Assembly (NCBI GenBank): GCA_022709525.1 | Contig: JAKLIQ010000003.1 | Span: 65,771-129,770 of the forward strand | Direction of reading: 5' to 3' | Source of the DNA: Candidatus Omnitrophota bacterium | GTDB lineage: Bacteria; Omnitrophota; Omnitrophia; Omnitrophales; Aquincolibacteriaceae | Length of the DNA: 64,000 nt | Shown here: one piece after another, positions 30,120-46,263 of the stretch | Layout of the letters: each line of letters starts with the position of its first letter | Position numbering within the stretch: position 1 is the stretch's first letter | Made by a program: the position numbers and the translations under genes | The notes under the pieces: model-generated | Told to the model about the DNA's origin: nothing | Database searches by the model: none | The model's input: only the letters and a program-made list of their open reading frames with translations

Positions 30120-30980
30120 TTAGTTGGTGGTTAAATGATCAGGACGGATCGTTTTTTCGTGCGCCGCGCCCGGACCTTCTTCATGGTCGTGCGGCATGAT
30201 CAGTGAAATATACACGGTTGAAAGCAAAAGGAAAACAAAAGCTTGGATGAAACTGAAAAGGATCACCAGAATATTGGCGAAAAGCTGAAAAAAGAACGGC
30301 AGCCAATGGTACATCACGTTCAATTCCGCGAACTTATAAAGCAGTTTGTCTTCGCTCGAGATATTGGCGAAAAGACGGAGCGAGAGACTTAGAGGCACCG
30401 CAAGGAATTCGATGCTCAAATTGATCACGATCATGAGGGGGATCAGGGCGAGGCCCATGATCCCGACCGGATTCCCGGCGAGATGTTTCAGGTAATTCAA
30501 AAGGCCGTGCTCCTTGATGCCGACCCACTGAACGTAGACAGTAGTGATAAGGGCTAGCGCGATCGTGGTGCTCCACGCGCTTGTGGGCGATTTCATGAGA
30601 GGAAGAAGCCCGAGCCAGTTTTGCAAGAGAATGTAAAGGAACATCGTTCCAAGGAAAGGGGCGTGCTCAATGCCTCGGGGGCCGAGGATGCCGGTAACGA
30701 AATCAACAAGGCCCTCCATAAAAAGTTCCCATCGGTTCTGGGCGCCGCGGGGAATAAACTCCTTTTTTCGCGCGGCCCGGATCGAGCAAACGCCGATAAA
30801 CCCGAGGATCAGAAGCGAAAAAACGAGATTTTCCCAGGAAAACAAAAAATGGACAAAATGGGATTTCGGGAAAAAGTGCTCCAGGAGAGTGATGAAATTC
30901 GGGAGTTCTTCGGTGGCATGTTCCTGCGCTGGCGCCGCTGCCTGCATTGCCGCTGCGATATGCTGTTCGGTTACGTTCAT
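30120..30980 (-). CDS. atpB: F0F1 ATP synthase subunit a
   Basis: 286 aa; conserved Arg in LSLSLRLFANI. Confidence 0.92.
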   Translation of the reverse strand: MNVTEQHIAAAMQAAAPAQEHATEELPNFITLLEHFFPKSHFVHFLFSWENLVFSLLILGFIGVCSIRAARKKEFIPRGAQNRWELFMEGLVDFVTGILGPRGIEHAPFLGTMFLYILLQNWLGLLPLMKSPTSAWSTTIALALITTVYVQWVGIKEHGLLNYLKHLAGNPVGIMGLALIPLMIVINLSIEFLAVPLSLSLRLFANISSEDKLLYKFAELNVMYHWLPFFFQLFANILVILFSFIQAFVFLLLSTVYISLIMPHDHEEGPGAAHEKTIRPDHLTTN

Positions 30981-31222
30981 GAATCCTTCCGTATGCTTCC
31001 TTTATAGAGAAGACGCAAGATCCTCACGGTCTGGACCGCGGAGCCGAAGAATCCCACGAGTACCAGCGCGAAGGTTGTAGCAGGGGCCCAGTTCCATTTC
31101 AGGATGAGCCACCGGCTGACGAGGTACCCCGCGAGGGGGCCGCTTAAAAGCACCATCGGCAGGGTTAGCGCCAGTCCGAGCATCCAAAAGAGCTTTTGAA
31201 GATCTTTCCTGACGGTATTCAA
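30977..31222 (-). CDS. AtpZ/AtpI-like small membrane protein preceding atpB
   Basis: 81 aa, 2 TM; first ORF of atp operon. Confidence 0.55.
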   Translation of the reverse strand: MNTVRKDLQKLFWMLGLALTLPMVLLSGPLAGYLVSRWLILKWNWAPATTFALVLVGFFGSAVQTVRILRLLYKGSIRKDS

Positions 31223-31295
31223 GAGGTCCGGGGCGGGTCCACACCCAACGCCGCTTCATGTTACATTAAAAGAATGGTAAGCGCGGATCTTCGAC

Positions 31296-31325
31296 ATTAT
31301 CTTGCAAAGCTTATTTCATTGTCAA
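31296..31325 (-). promoter_or_regulatory. atp operon promoter (minus strand) TTGACA-18-GATAAT
   Basis: consensus -35 and good -10 read on minus strand ~70 nt upstream of first atp ORF. Confidence 0.5.
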
Positions 31326-31337
31326 GGGAACTTGCGC

Positions 31338-31408
31338 TCAACGCACGACGTGCAAAGCGCAACCAAAAGTTCTTACATTGAGCGTTGATCGTTGCGCGTT
31401 GCGCCAGG
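31338..31408 (+). promoter_or_regulatory. cluster of GCKCAACG half-sites (2 direct, 3 inverted) in divergent promoter region
   Basis: gcgctcaacgca, agcgcaacc, gagcgttgatcg, cgttgcgcgttgcgcc. Confidence 0.4.
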
Positions 31409-31473
31409 GTTTAAATTTGTATGGATTTTTGGTCTCTTGCCGATACAGTAAGGCATAGGGGAAAAAGAACATT

Positions 31474-32241
31474 ATGATCAAAGGACTTTTTAACTTTATT
31501 TTCGGCCTGATAAGACTTGCGCTCCTTGTCCTTGTCCTGGCGGTTATTTTCCATGCGTGGGTGATCAAGCAGGCCCTGGTCTTTTCTTTAAGCTATCAGT
31601 TAGGCGCGGACGTTTCGGCCCAACATGTCAAAATGGACTGGAAAAATACCGGCATCGAAGTCCAGGGTCTCGAGATTGGGAATCCTTACAGTTTCCCCAA
31701 AGGGACTTTGGCGGATATCCCGCTTGTGATCATTTCGGTGGATCTGCCGAGCATCCCGCAAGGGCTTTTGAAGCTTAAGACGGTAGGGTTCGATCTTCGC
31801 GAACTTCAGGTGATGAATGTCCCCAAAAAGGGACTGAATCTTTTGGGTTTGAAGCCTTTCCAGGAAAAGGACGGGGAAGATGGTTCCTCATCTCCCCAGG
31901 ATGGCTCCCGGACGGGGATCAGGCGATACGCGCCCAAGGTTGTGATCGACGAACTTATTTTTTCGATCGGGGAGATCAGCTATTTGGATATGAGCGGCCC
32001 ATCCCTGAAACAGAATCGCTATCAGGCCGGTATCCGGGGAGCGACTTATTATGACATTCGCGGGACCAAGGATATTACCGTCATTGTTGTAACGGAAGCC
32101 CTGAAGAAGATGGGGTTTAGCTATCTTGAATCGCAGATCCAAAAGCTCCAGGGACGCTATATTCCTCAAGCCAGTAAACCAAGCAACTTTTTTAGCCGTG
32201 TTGCCTCAGTTTTCAAAGGCGAATCGTCAGATCATTCATAA
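31474..32241 (+). CDS. hypothetical membrane-anchored protein
   Basis: 255 aa; N-terminal TM helix then soluble domain; no recognised motif. Confidence 0.45.
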   Translation: MIKGLFNFIFGLIRLALLVLVLAVIFHAWVIKQALVFSLSYQLGADVSAQHVKMDWKNTGIEVQGLEIGNPYSFPKGTLADIPLVIISVDLPSIPQGLLKLKTVGFDLRELQVMNVPKKGLNLLGLKPFQEKDGEDGSSSPQDGSRTGIRRYAPKVVIDELIFSIGEISYLDMSGPSLKQNRYQAGIRGATYYDIRGTKDITVIVVTEALKKMGFSYLESQIQKLQGRYIPQASKPSNFFSRVASVFKGESSDHS

Positions 32242-32386
32242 CCCCTTATAAACAAACAGTTTAAAAGCAATTCCGCTCTTAAAATAGGGTCTCTTCCTTA
32301 ATATAGATGGGTTTTGGAAGGCCATGGGGCATGGTTTTGACTCCATTTACATCCTTCAGAAATAAATAAAAAAATCTCTAAAAAGC

Positions 32387-32414
32387 TTGACACCCTTTTC
32401 TATTTCAATAGAAT
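32387..32414 (+). promoter_or_regulatory. promoter TTGACA-16-TAGAAT upstream of tRNA-Thr/tuf
   Basis: consensus -35, good -10. Confidence 0.45.
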
Positions 32415-32570
32415 GACACCTCTTTCTTGGAGGAGGACTGTCTCCGCGTAAGGTGGTTTCTGTCTTCAAACATCTGTTTTTTCTTCGAAGAAGATCGGCT
32501 TTTTATTTTTTTTGCTGTTTGCGGTAACGATGTTGTAGCGAGCGATCGAAAGCGCTGGACCAAGTCAAGC

Positions 32571-32643
32571 GCTGGAGTAGCTCAGTCGGTAGAGCACATC
32601 CTTGGTAAGGATGAGGTCATGGGTTCAATTCCCATCTCCAGCT
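32571..32643 (+). tRNA. tRNA-Thr (anticodon GGU)
   Basis: cloverleaf; anticodon loop ttGGTaa; T-loop ttcaatt; 73 nt. Confidence 0.85.
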
Positions 32644-32682
32644 TAGGATGTGAAAACACAACTTCAATGAGGGAGAACTCAT

Positions 32683-33882
<1,200 letters not shown>

Positions 33883-34118
33883 CATCTCGTTCGTCCCAAT
33901 TTACGCTTAAAATTATAATGAAAATTGGGACAGCACTGATTTCCGATTAAAAAGTAGCGGAAAATCAGGCGGACACAAATCCTAGCATTTTTGGCGAAGC
34001 CCTGCTGGCTGTAAGGCGTTTATTTTCGCCGTAAGAGGTCTTACAGCCGAAAAACCAGTATTTAAAATCGTGTTTTTTTCCGCGGTTTTATTAAGACAAA
34101 AGCAAAGGTTTTATTTCA

Positions 34119-34268
34119 ATGCAAGAGATCATTTCCCTCGTGTCGGCTTGTGACTGCAAGGCGACCTATTGGACGCGGAAGAACAAAAAAAAGAATCCGG
34201 ACAAGATCGAGCGGAAAAAATATTGTCCGAGCTGCCGCAAGCATGTCCTTTTTCGGGAAAAGAAATAA
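34119..34268 (+). CDS. rpmG: 50S ribosomal protein L33 (zinc-ribbon form)
   Basis: 49 aa [49 protein letters not shown]; CxC...CxxC; not in ORF track (short). Confidence 0.85.
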   Translation: MQEIISLVSACDCKATYWTRKNKKKNPDKIERKKYCPSCRKHVLFREKK

Positions 34269-34296
34269 GGGCGTTTTTTCGGAGACTAACGGCATA

Positions 34297-34370
34297 AAGG
34301 CCTGTAGCTCCAATTGGTAGAGCGGCGGTCTCCAAAACCGCATGTTGCAGGTTCGAGTCCTGCCAGGCCT
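34297..34370 (+). tRNA. tRNA-Trp (anticodon CCA)
   Basis: cloverleaf; anticodon loop ctCCAaa; precedes secE-nusG as in many bacteria. Confidence 0.85.
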
Positions 34371-34421
34371 GTTTTACGCAGGCGCGTGTTTTAAAACTCG
34401 AAAAGCGAGCGTGGAAATAAC

Positions 34422-34607
34422 ATGGTGCAAAAAATAGCGAATTTTTTCCAGGAAACGCAGCAGGAGCTTAAAAAAGTCACCTGGCCGACCTGGAATGAAT
34501 TATGGCAGGCGGCGATGGTCGTGATCGCAGTGACTTTCTTTGCGTCCGCCTTTATCGCGATCGTTGATTTTTGCATCTCCACTATTCTCAGGATACTGAT
34601 TGATTAA
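34422..34607 (+). CDS. secE: preprotein translocase subunit SecE
   Basis: 61 aa single-TM. Confidence 0.88.
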   Translation: MVQKIANFFQETQQELKKVTWPTWNELWQAAMVVIAVTFFASAFIAIVDFCISTILRILID

Positions 34608-34611
34608 CGCC

Positions 34612-35148
34612 ATGGCCGCCGACGCAAAGTGGTATGTAGTTCATACGCAGACGGGCATGGAAGCTAAGGCCCGGGCGAGCTTGATCGGCCACGCGGAGAC
34701 CGCGGGGCTTTCGCATTTGATCCACGAAGTGCTGATCCCGATGGAAAAGGTGAGCGAGGTCAAGGGCGGCAAAAAGAGGATCAGTGAACGGAAGTTTTTC
34801 CCGGGTTACATCTTAGTCAAGATGGAATTAACCGACGAAAGTTGGTATCTGGTTCGCAATACCCCGGGGATTTCGGGTTTTATCGGCTCGGGCAAGAATC
34901 CGATCCCGCTGACGGAAAAAGAAGTTGGCGCGATCATCAAAGAGCAGGAAGAAAAACAGACCAAGCCGAAACCCAAGGTCGAATTTGAAGAAGGCGAAAG
35001 CGTCCGGGTCAAAGAAGGCTCGTTCGCGAATTTTAACGGGACGATCGAACAGATCAATCCGGAGCGCGGCAAGATGCGCGTGATGGTCACGATCTTCGGC
35101 CGGTCGACGCCCGTCGAACTGGAATACTGGCAGGTAGAGAAAATCTAA
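34612..35148 (+). CDS. nusG: transcription termination/antitermination factor NusG
   Basis: 178 aa from ATG; NGN domain + KOW. Confidence 0.93.
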   Translation: MAADAKWYVVHTQTGMEAKARASLIGHAETAGLSHLIHEVLIPMEKVSEVKGGKKRISERKFFPGYILVKMELTDESWYLVRNTPGISGFIGSGKNPIPLTEKEVGAIIKEQEEKQTKPKPKVEFEEGESVRVKEGSFANFNGTIEQINPERGKMRVMVTIFGRSTPVELEYWQVEKI

Positions 35149-35187
35149 ATGACGACATCAGTTGCGCTGAATAGCGTAACTGATAAG

Positions 35188-35290
35188 TCGGAATTTACCC
35201 CGCACTAATTTAAAAACAGTGTGGGAAATTTGAAAAACCAGATTATTAACCGGACCCAGCAATAGAAATTAGTGCGGGGTTCAATTCACA
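35188..35290 (+). repeat. E1: ~100-bp element bounded by conserved termini tcgGAATTTACCCCGCAC ... GTGCGGGGTTCAATTCaca (the 15-bp GAATTTACCCCGCAC / GTGCGGGGTTCAATTC core is a near-perfect inverted repeat), upstream of rplK
   Basis: second copy at 62378-62495 with identical termini, divergent interior. Confidence 0.6.
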
Positions 35291-35339
35291 TAAATAACTT
35301 ATGTCGTGAAACACTCCATAAGTTATAGGTTCATTGAAC

Positions 35340-35771
35340 ATGGCAAAAGAGATCATTACAAAGATCAAGTTGCAGATCCCGGGCGGACAAGCGAACCCCG
35401 CTCCGCCGATTGGCCCCGCGCTCGGCCAGCATGGCGTCAACATCATGGAGTTCTGCAAACAGTTCAACGAACGCACTAAAGACCGCCCGGGCACGATCCT
35501 TCCGGCGGTGCTCACGGTCTATAAAGACAAATCCTTTACTTTTATTCTCAAAACGCCCCCCGTGGCAGCCCAGATCAAAAAAGCGGTCGGTCTCGCCAAA
35601 GCGTCCGGGGAGCCCGGCCGCACGATCATCGGCAAGATCACCAAAGACCAGGTCCTTGAGATCGCGCGCCAAAAAATGGTGGACCTTAACACGACTAAGA
35701 TCGAAAGCGCCTGCCGCATTGTCGAAGGCGCGGCCCGCAGCATGGGCATCGAAGTTGTGAAGTCCAAATAA
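35340..35771 (+). CDS. rplK: 50S ribosomal protein L11
   Basis: 143 aa from second ATG. Confidence 0.95.
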   Translation: MAKEIITKIKLQIPGGQANPAPPIGPALGQHGVNIMEFCKQFNERTKDRPGTILPAVLTVYKDKSFTFILKTPPVAAQIKKAVGLAKASGEPGRTIIGKITKDQVLEIARQKMVDLNTTKIESACRIVEGAARSMGIEVVKSK

Positions 35772-35784
35772 GAACGGAACTCAA

Positions 35785-36471
35785 ATGGAACGCAGTAAAC
35801 GGTATCAAAAAAGAGCGAGTTTAACGGAAGAAGGGAAGCTTTATTCTCTTCCGGAAGCCGTCAAGATCCTCAAAAAAGTCGAGATGGGAAAAGCCGACGA
35901 AACCGTTTCGCTTAATTTTCAGCTCGGCGTGCGCGCCGAACAAGGCGATGAGAACGTTCGCGGCACGGTCAGTCTCCCGCATGGAAGCGGTAAATCCGTT
36001 CGCGTGCTTTGTTTTGTCAAAGGCGAGGGCGCTAAGGACGCAGAAGCGGCGGGCGCCGATATCGTCGGAGCCGAAGAGCTTGTTGAAAAAGTAAAGAATG
36101 GTTTTCTTGATTTTGATGTTGTTGTGGCCCATCCGGATATGATGCGCGAAGTCTCGAAGCTCGGCCGTGTGTTGGGCCCCAAAGGCCTTATGCCGACGCC
36201 GAAGACCGGTACCGTAACGCCGCAAGTTGGCAAAGCGGTCAAAGAAGTGAAAGGCGGGCGCATCGAATTTAAGAGCGATAAAACCGCCGGGTTGCACGCG
36301 GTATGCGGCAAGCTTTCTTTTGCCGAGAACGCGCTTTTAGAGAACGCGCGCACGGTCATCAAAGCCGTCAAGGATTCCAAGCCCGCGACCAGCAAGGGTG
36401 AATATCTCAAAACGGTCCATATCGCGACGACCCACGGTCCGGGGCTGCGCCTCAATACAGGAGCGCTTTAA
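35785..36471 (+). CDS. rplA: 50S ribosomal protein L1
   Basis: 228 aa. Confidence 0.95.
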   Translation: MERSKRYQKRASLTEEGKLYSLPEAVKILKKVEMGKADETVSLNFQLGVRAEQGDENVRGTVSLPHGSGKSVRVLCFVKGEGAKDAEAAGADIVGAEELVEKVKNGFLDFDVVVAHPDMMREVSKLGRVLGPKGLMPTPKTGTVTPQVGKAVKEVKGGRIEFKSDKTAGLHAVCGKLSFAENALLENARTVIKAVKDSKPATSKGEYLKTVHIATTHGPGLRLNTGAL

Positions 36472-36473
36472 TC

Positions 36474-37007
36474 ATGCCTTCGTTTGAAAAAGAACTGATG
36501 TTCAACGAGATCGTTAAAGAGTTCGAAAAAAGCCCTTACGCTTTCATTTCAAACTTAAACGGAATCTCCGTTCTTGATATCTCCGACGCCCGCCGCAATC
36601 TCGAAAAGGTCTCGCGCCGTTCGCTTATGGTCAAACATGCGATGGCTCGCAAGATCTTCACGAAATTCAACGTCAGCGGCGCCGAGAAATATTTGAATGG
36701 TTCCGTCGTGATCACCTTCGGGGATAAGGACCCGCAGGAGATCTCCAAAAAGCTTGTCGATTTTTCCAAAGCGAACGAAAAATGGAAACCCGCCGCCGTG
36801 ATCTTTGAAGGTCAGCTTTACGGCGAGGATTTCGTCAAGCAGCTCGCGAAACTCCCATCGCGCAAAGAACTCCTGACGCAATTGGTGTTGCGCATGAATT
36901 CGCCGATCCAGGGATTCGCGAACGTTCTCGGCGCTCTTACGCGCAATCTTGTTTGCGCTTTGGAAGAGATCCGTAAGAAAAAAGCAGCCGCCGGCGCTGC
37001 GTCTTAA
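36474..37007 (+). CDS. rplJ: 50S ribosomal protein L10
   Basis: 177 aa. Confidence 0.93.
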   Translation: MPSFEKELMFNEIVKEFEKSPYAFISNLNGISVLDISDARRNLEKVSRRSLMVKHAMARKIFTKFNVSGAEKYLNGSVVITFGDKDPQEISKKLVDFSKANEKWKPAAVIFEGQLYGEDFVKQLAKLPSRKELLTQLVLRMNSPIQGFANVLGALTRNLVCALEEIRKKKAAAGAAS

Positions 37008-37088
37008 GCCGGTCGAAGGCCCGCCGGAATTTGTGGCGGGGGAAACGAATGTCCTGATAAAGGAAATTCAATCAAGGAGGCATCAGCC

Positions 37089-37502
37089 ATGACAGAAGCA
37101 ACAGAAACAAAACTTTCTCAGAAATCACAGAGCATTCTCACCTCGATCGAAACGTTGACCGTGTTGGAACTTGCCGAACTCGTGAAGGCGCTTGAAGAAA
37201 AATTCGGCGTCAGCGCGGCAGCGGCAGCTCCGGTGGCCGTTGCGGTCGCCGGCGGCGCGGCTGCGGGCGGCGCGGCTGCGGCGGAAGAGAAGACCAGCTT
37301 TACGGTCGTTCTCGCCAGCGCAGGTGACAAGAAGATCAACGTGATCAAGGAACTCCGTACGGTCACAAGTCTTGGGCTCAAAGAAGCCAAGGACCTGGTC
37401 GAGGGCGCTCCGAAGACCATTAAAGAAGATGTGAACAAAGAAGAAGCCGAAAAGATCAAAAAGGTCCTGGAAGCCCAGGGCGCTAAGGTCGAGATCAAGT
37501 AA
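37089..37502 (+). CDS. rplL: 50S ribosomal protein L7/L12
   Basis: 137 aa; Ala-rich hinge, C-terminal domain. Confidence 0.95.
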   Translation: MTEATETKLSQKSQSILTSIETLTVLELAELVKALEEKFGVSAAAAAPVAVAVAGGAAAGGAAAAEEKTSFTVVLASAGDKKINVIKELRTVTSLGLKEAKDLVEGAPKTIKEDVNKEEAEKIKKVLEAQGAKVEIK

Positions 37503-37557
37503 GATCCCGATAAAACAGGCGGATCACGAACACTGTCCTTAAGGAGGACAATTCACA

Positions 37558-41348
<3,791 letters not shown>

Positions 41349-41352
<4 letters not shown>

Positions 41353-44300
41353 ACTATAGCGTGAATGCTTTTGACTCTGTTTCGATCCATATCGCGTCTC
41401 CCGAGTCCATCCGCAAATGGTCGCGGGGCGAGGTCAAGAAACCCGAGACGATCAACTATCGCACCCTCAAGCCCGAAAAAGACGGGCTTTTCTGCGAACG
41501 CATCTTCGGGCCGACCAAAGATTACGAGTGCGCCTGCGGCAAGTACAAACGTATCAAGCATAAAGGGATCGTCTGCGACCGCTGCGGCGTGGAAGTGACC
41601 CAGGCCCGCGTCCGCCGCGAGCGGATGGGGCATATCGACCTTGTGACGCCGGTCTCCCATATCTGGTTCTTCAAAACCATGCCGTCGCGTATCGGCAACT
41701 TGCTGGACCTGAGCGTCCGCGCACTTGAAAAAGTTCTCTATTACGAAGAATACATCGTTCTTGATCCAAAGCAGACACCGCTCAAACCCCGCCAGCTTTT
41801 GACGGAAGATGAATATCTCAAGGCCCAGGAACAATACGGTCCCGAGAATTTCGTGGCCCGCATGGGCGCCGAAGCGATCCAAACGCTTCTTTCGGAACTT
41901 GAGCTCGACAAACTTACCGCGAAATACCATCGTCAGCTGAAAGCTGCGAAATCCAAGCAGTCCCGCGCCCGTTGCGTGAAGATTCTCAAGATCGTTGAGG
42001 CCTTCTATAAGTCAGGCAACCGGCCGGAATGGATGATCCTTAAAGCGATCCCGGTCATTCCGCCCGATCTTCGTCCTCTTGTAGCCTTGGATGGCGGCCG
42101 TTTTGCGACGAGCGACTTGAATGATCTTTATCGCCGCGTTATCAATCGCAACAACCGTTTGCGCAAACTGCTCGAACTCAAGGCACCGGATGTCATCATC
42201 CGGAACGAAAAACGCATGCTTCAGGAAGCCGTGGATGCTCTTTTTGACAACGGCCGTCACGGACGCCCCGTGCTTGGTGCCGGCAACCGTCCCCTCAAAT
42301 CCTTAAGCGATATGCTCAAGGGAAAACAAGGCCGCTTCCGTCAGAACCTTCTCGGAAAACGCGTGGATTATTCGGGCCGTTCGGTGATCGTGATTGGGCC
42401 GGAGCTTAAGCTCCATCAATGCGGCCTGCCGAAAAAAATGGCGCTCGAGCTTTTCGAACCCTTTATCATCCGCAAACTTAAAGAACGTGGCCACGTGCAC
42501 ACGATCCGTTCGGCCAAAAAAATGGTTGAGCGCGTAAAACCGGAAGTTTGGGATATTCTCGAAGAGGTAATCCAGGAGCATCCGGTGCTTCTGAACCGCG
42601 CGCCGACGCTCCATCGCCTCGGCATCCAGGCCTTTGAGCCGATGCTGATCGAGGGGAACGCGATCCGTATCCATCCGCTGGTCTGTACCGCTTTTAACGC
42701 CGACTTTGACGGCGACCAGATGGCCGTTCATGTGCCCCTTTCCATGGAAGCCGTGATGGAAGCGCGCATCCTGATGCTTTCAGCCAACAACATTTTCTCT
42801 CCCGCAAGCGGTCAGCCGATCATGACCCCGACGCAGGACATCGTGCTCGGCATCTATTATTTGACCAAATTGCGCGAAAAAGCGCTTGGCGAGGGCCTCG
42901 CGTTCAGCGACCCGCAGGAAGCGATCCTCGCGTTCCAGGACAAGCAGATCCACAAGCACGCGAAATGTAAACTCCGTTTACAGAACGGCGAGATCGTCGA
43001 AACGACCATGGGCCGCATTCTTTTTAACGAGATCCTGCCCAAAGGATTCCGTTACGTGAATGATGTCGTCAATAAAGGCCGCCTCTCCAAGATCATCGCG
43101 GAATGCTACAACACCTTCAATCACGAAGAGGTCGTAAAACTTCTCGACAGATTGAAAGCCCTCGGTTTTGACGAAGCCACCAAGGCGGGTCTTTCCATCG
43201 GCATTGACGATATCCAGATCCCGGACGCCAAGGAAGGCATCTTGAATGAAGCCCGCAAGGAAGTGAAATCGATCGAGAGCCAATACAAGCAGGGCTTGAT
43301 CACCGATGGTGAGCGCTATAACAAAGTGATCGACATCTGGACACATACAACCGACCGCGTCTCCGACGTGATGTTCGAAGCGCTCGACGCTTTCAATCCT
43401 ATTTTCATGATGGCCGATTCCGGCGCCCGCGGTTCCAAACAGCAGATCCGTCAGCTGGCCGGTATGCGCGGCCTGATGGCGAAGCCCTCGGGCGAGATCA
43501 TCGAAAGCCCGATCACCGCCAATTTCCGCGAAGGCCTTACGGTGCTTGAATACTTCATCTCGACGCACGGTGCCCGAAAAGGTCTGGCCGATACGGCGCT
43601 TAAGACCGCCGACTCGGGATATTTGACCCGCCGTCTTGTGGATGTCGCGCAGGATGTGATCATCAATATAGACGATTGCGGTACGTTGAACGGGATCGTC
43701 ATGGAACCGATCTACGAGGGTGAAGAAGTCATTGTTTCTCTTTCCGACAGGATCCTCGGCCGGGTCGCGCTTGATAACGTGGTCGATGTCATTACCGACC
43801 AGGTGATCGTCAAATCCGGCGATCTGATCGATGAAGCGACCGTGAAAAAGATCGAAGAAGCGGGGATCGAAAAGATCCGCGTCCGGTCCGTGCTTTGCTG
43901 CGAAGCCCCGAAGGGGGTTTGCGCGAAATGTTACGGCCGCGATCTTGCGACGCGCCGCCTTGTCGAACAGGGGACCGCCGTCGGCATTATCGCCGCCCAG
44001 TCCATCGGCGAGCCGGGCACTCAGCTTACCATGCGTACGTTCCATATCGGCGGTACGGCGTCGCGCGTGGTCGAACAATCCTATTACCGGACGCGCAATG
44101 AAGGAGCGCTTCAGTATCATAATTTAAAAACGGTCGTTACCAAGACGAACGAGATCGTCGTGCTGAACCGCAATGGGCAGCTTTCACTTCACGATCCAAC
44201 GGGCCGCGAACTCGAGCGTTATACGATCCCGACCGGCGCCATCATCCACTATAAAGATGGGGAAAAGGTCAAAAAAGGCGAAATTTTCGTGAAATGGGAC

Positions 44301-45398
44301 CCCTACACGGTTCCGATCTTGACCGAGGTGTCTGGAAAGGTCCGTTTCGAGGATATCAAGGCCGGCGTGACGATGAATGAAGAGCTTGATGCCACGACCG
44401 GCATGACCGAGCGCGTGATCATTGAGCATAAGGAAGACCTTCACCCGCAATTGCTTGTGGTCGGACCCAAGGACGAGATTCTTGCTTTTTATCCGATCCC
44501 GACCGGCGCCCACATCGTAGTCAAAGATGGGCAGATGATCACCGGCGGTACGCTGCTTGCTAAAACGCCGCGTAAAGTGGCGAAGACCCGTGACATCACC
44601 GGCGGTCTGCCGCGCGTGGCCGAACTTTTTGAGGCCCGCAAACCGAAGAATCCGGCCGTGATCTCGGAGATCGACGGCGTGGTCGAGATCGGCGCGGTCG
44701 TCAAAGGCCAGCGCCAGATCATCGTCAAAAGCTCGACCGGCATGGCTAAAGAATACTTGATCCCGCACGGCAAGCACCTGAACGTTTACAAAGGTGACAA
44801 GGTTTTTGCCGGCCAGCAGCTTGTGGACGGTCCTGTCGTATTGCAAGACATCCTTCGCGTTTCTGGCGAACGGAGCCTTCAGCAGTATCTCGTCGAAGAA
44901 GTGCAGGAGGTTTACCGCCTCCAGGGAGTACGCTTAAACGACAAGCATGTCGAATGCATTGTCCGCCAAATGCTCCGCAAAGTCCGCATTGAGGATTCCG
45001 GCGATACGGAGTTCCTTGTGGGGTCGCATGTTGAGAAACTCAAGTTCGCCGAAGAGAACGCCAAAATGATCAAGAAGGGGAAAGAGCCCGCCAAAGGAAC
45101 GGCGATCCTTCTCGGGATCACGAAGGCCTCCCTGACGACCGACAGCTTTATCTCGGCCGCAAGCTTCCAGGAAACGACTCGCGTGCTGACCGAAGCCGCT
45201 TCGGCCGGCAAACGCGATTACCTGCAAGGGCTTAAAGAGAACGTGATCATGGGTCATTTGATCCCGGCGGGAACGGGTTTCAGGATCCATCAAGACATCG
45301 AGTTGGAAAAAGACCTGACCGATGTGTTGCCGGACCCTGAGGCCGAGAAGAAAGAAAAAGCCGCCGAAGAAGCCGGCGCATCCAAGGAGAATTCATAA
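41349..45398 (+). CDS. rpoC: DNA-directed RNA polymerase subunit beta'
   Basis: 1349 aa; Zn-finger CxxC...CxxC, NADFDGD; ATGA overlap with rpoB. Confidence 0.98.
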
Positions 45399-45790
45399 TG
45401 GCGCCGACCATCAACCAACTGATCCGTTTTGGCCGCAACAAATTCAAGGGGAAATCCAAATCCCCGGCCTTGCATAACTCGCCTTTCCGGAAAGGCGTTT
45501 GCTTGATCGTGAGGACCCAGACCCCGAAAAAACCGAACTCCGCTCTTCGGAAGATCGCCCGCGTGCGTTTGACCAACGGAGAAGAGGTGATGGCTTATAT
45601 CCCCGGTGTTGGCCACAACCTTCAAGAGCACTCGATCGTGCTTGTGCGGGGCGGCCGCGTAAAGGACCTCCCGGGCGTTCGTTATCATATTGTTCGCGGG
45701 AAACTCGACGCCGCCGGCGTTGCGGACCGCACAAAATCGCGTTCTAAATACGGCGCAAAAACCCCGAAGAAGGATGCTAAGAAATCATGA
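45398..45790 (+). CDS. rpsL: 30S ribosomal protein S12
   Basis: 130 aa. Confidence 0.97.
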   Translation: MAPTINQLIRFGRNKFKGKSKSPALHNSPFRKGVCLIVRTQTPKKPNSALRKIARVRLTNGEEVMAYIPGVGHNLQEHSIVLVRGGRVKDLPGVRYHIVRGKLDAAGVADRTKSRSKYGAKTPKKDAKKS

Positions 45791-46254
45791 GAAGAAGACG
45801 TGCGCAAAAAAGAAAGATCGATCCGGACCCGAGGTACGGGGACCTGCTCATTGCCAAGATGATCAATATCGTGATGGAGCGCGGCAAAAAGTCGCTTGCC
45901 GAGAGGATCGTCTATGACGCCTTGGATATCGTGAAAGAAAAAACGGCAAAAGAACCGCTTGAAGTTTTTCGCGCGGCATTGGATAATGTGCGCCCTCTCC
46001 TGGAGACAAAATCCCGGCGCGTAGGTGGGGCGACGTATCAGGTGCCGGTCAGTGTTCCCGAAGATCGTGGTTACTCCTTGGCCCTTCGTTGGATCCGGAG
46101 TTTTTCCCGTGAACGCAAAGGGAAACCCATGCATGAAAAGCTGGCCCAGGAGCTTATTGACGGTTTCAACAAAACGGGGTCTTCCATCAAGAAACGGGAA
46201 GACATGCATAAAATGGCGGAAGCGAACCGCGCTTTCGCGCATTATCGCTGGTAA
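45787..46254 (+). CDS. rpsG: 30S ribosomal protein S7
   Basis: 155 aa. Confidence 0.97.
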   Translation: MRRRRAQKRKIDPDPRYGDLLIAKMINIVMERGKKSLAERIVYDALDIVKEKTAKEPLEVFRAALDNVRPLLETKSRRVGGATYQVPVSVPEDRGYSLALRWIRSFSRERKGKPMHEKLAQELIDGFNKTGSSIKKREDMHKMAEANRAFAHYRW

Positions 46255-46263
46255 AAAAAGAAT

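Noticed and set aside
33890-34060. Hairpins after tuf (gtcccaattt...aaattgggac; ggctgtaag...cttacagcc) as terminators
   Set aside because: The stems are convincing but neither is followed by a U-tract, so they are not called as intrinsic terminators; they may still be processing or stability elements.
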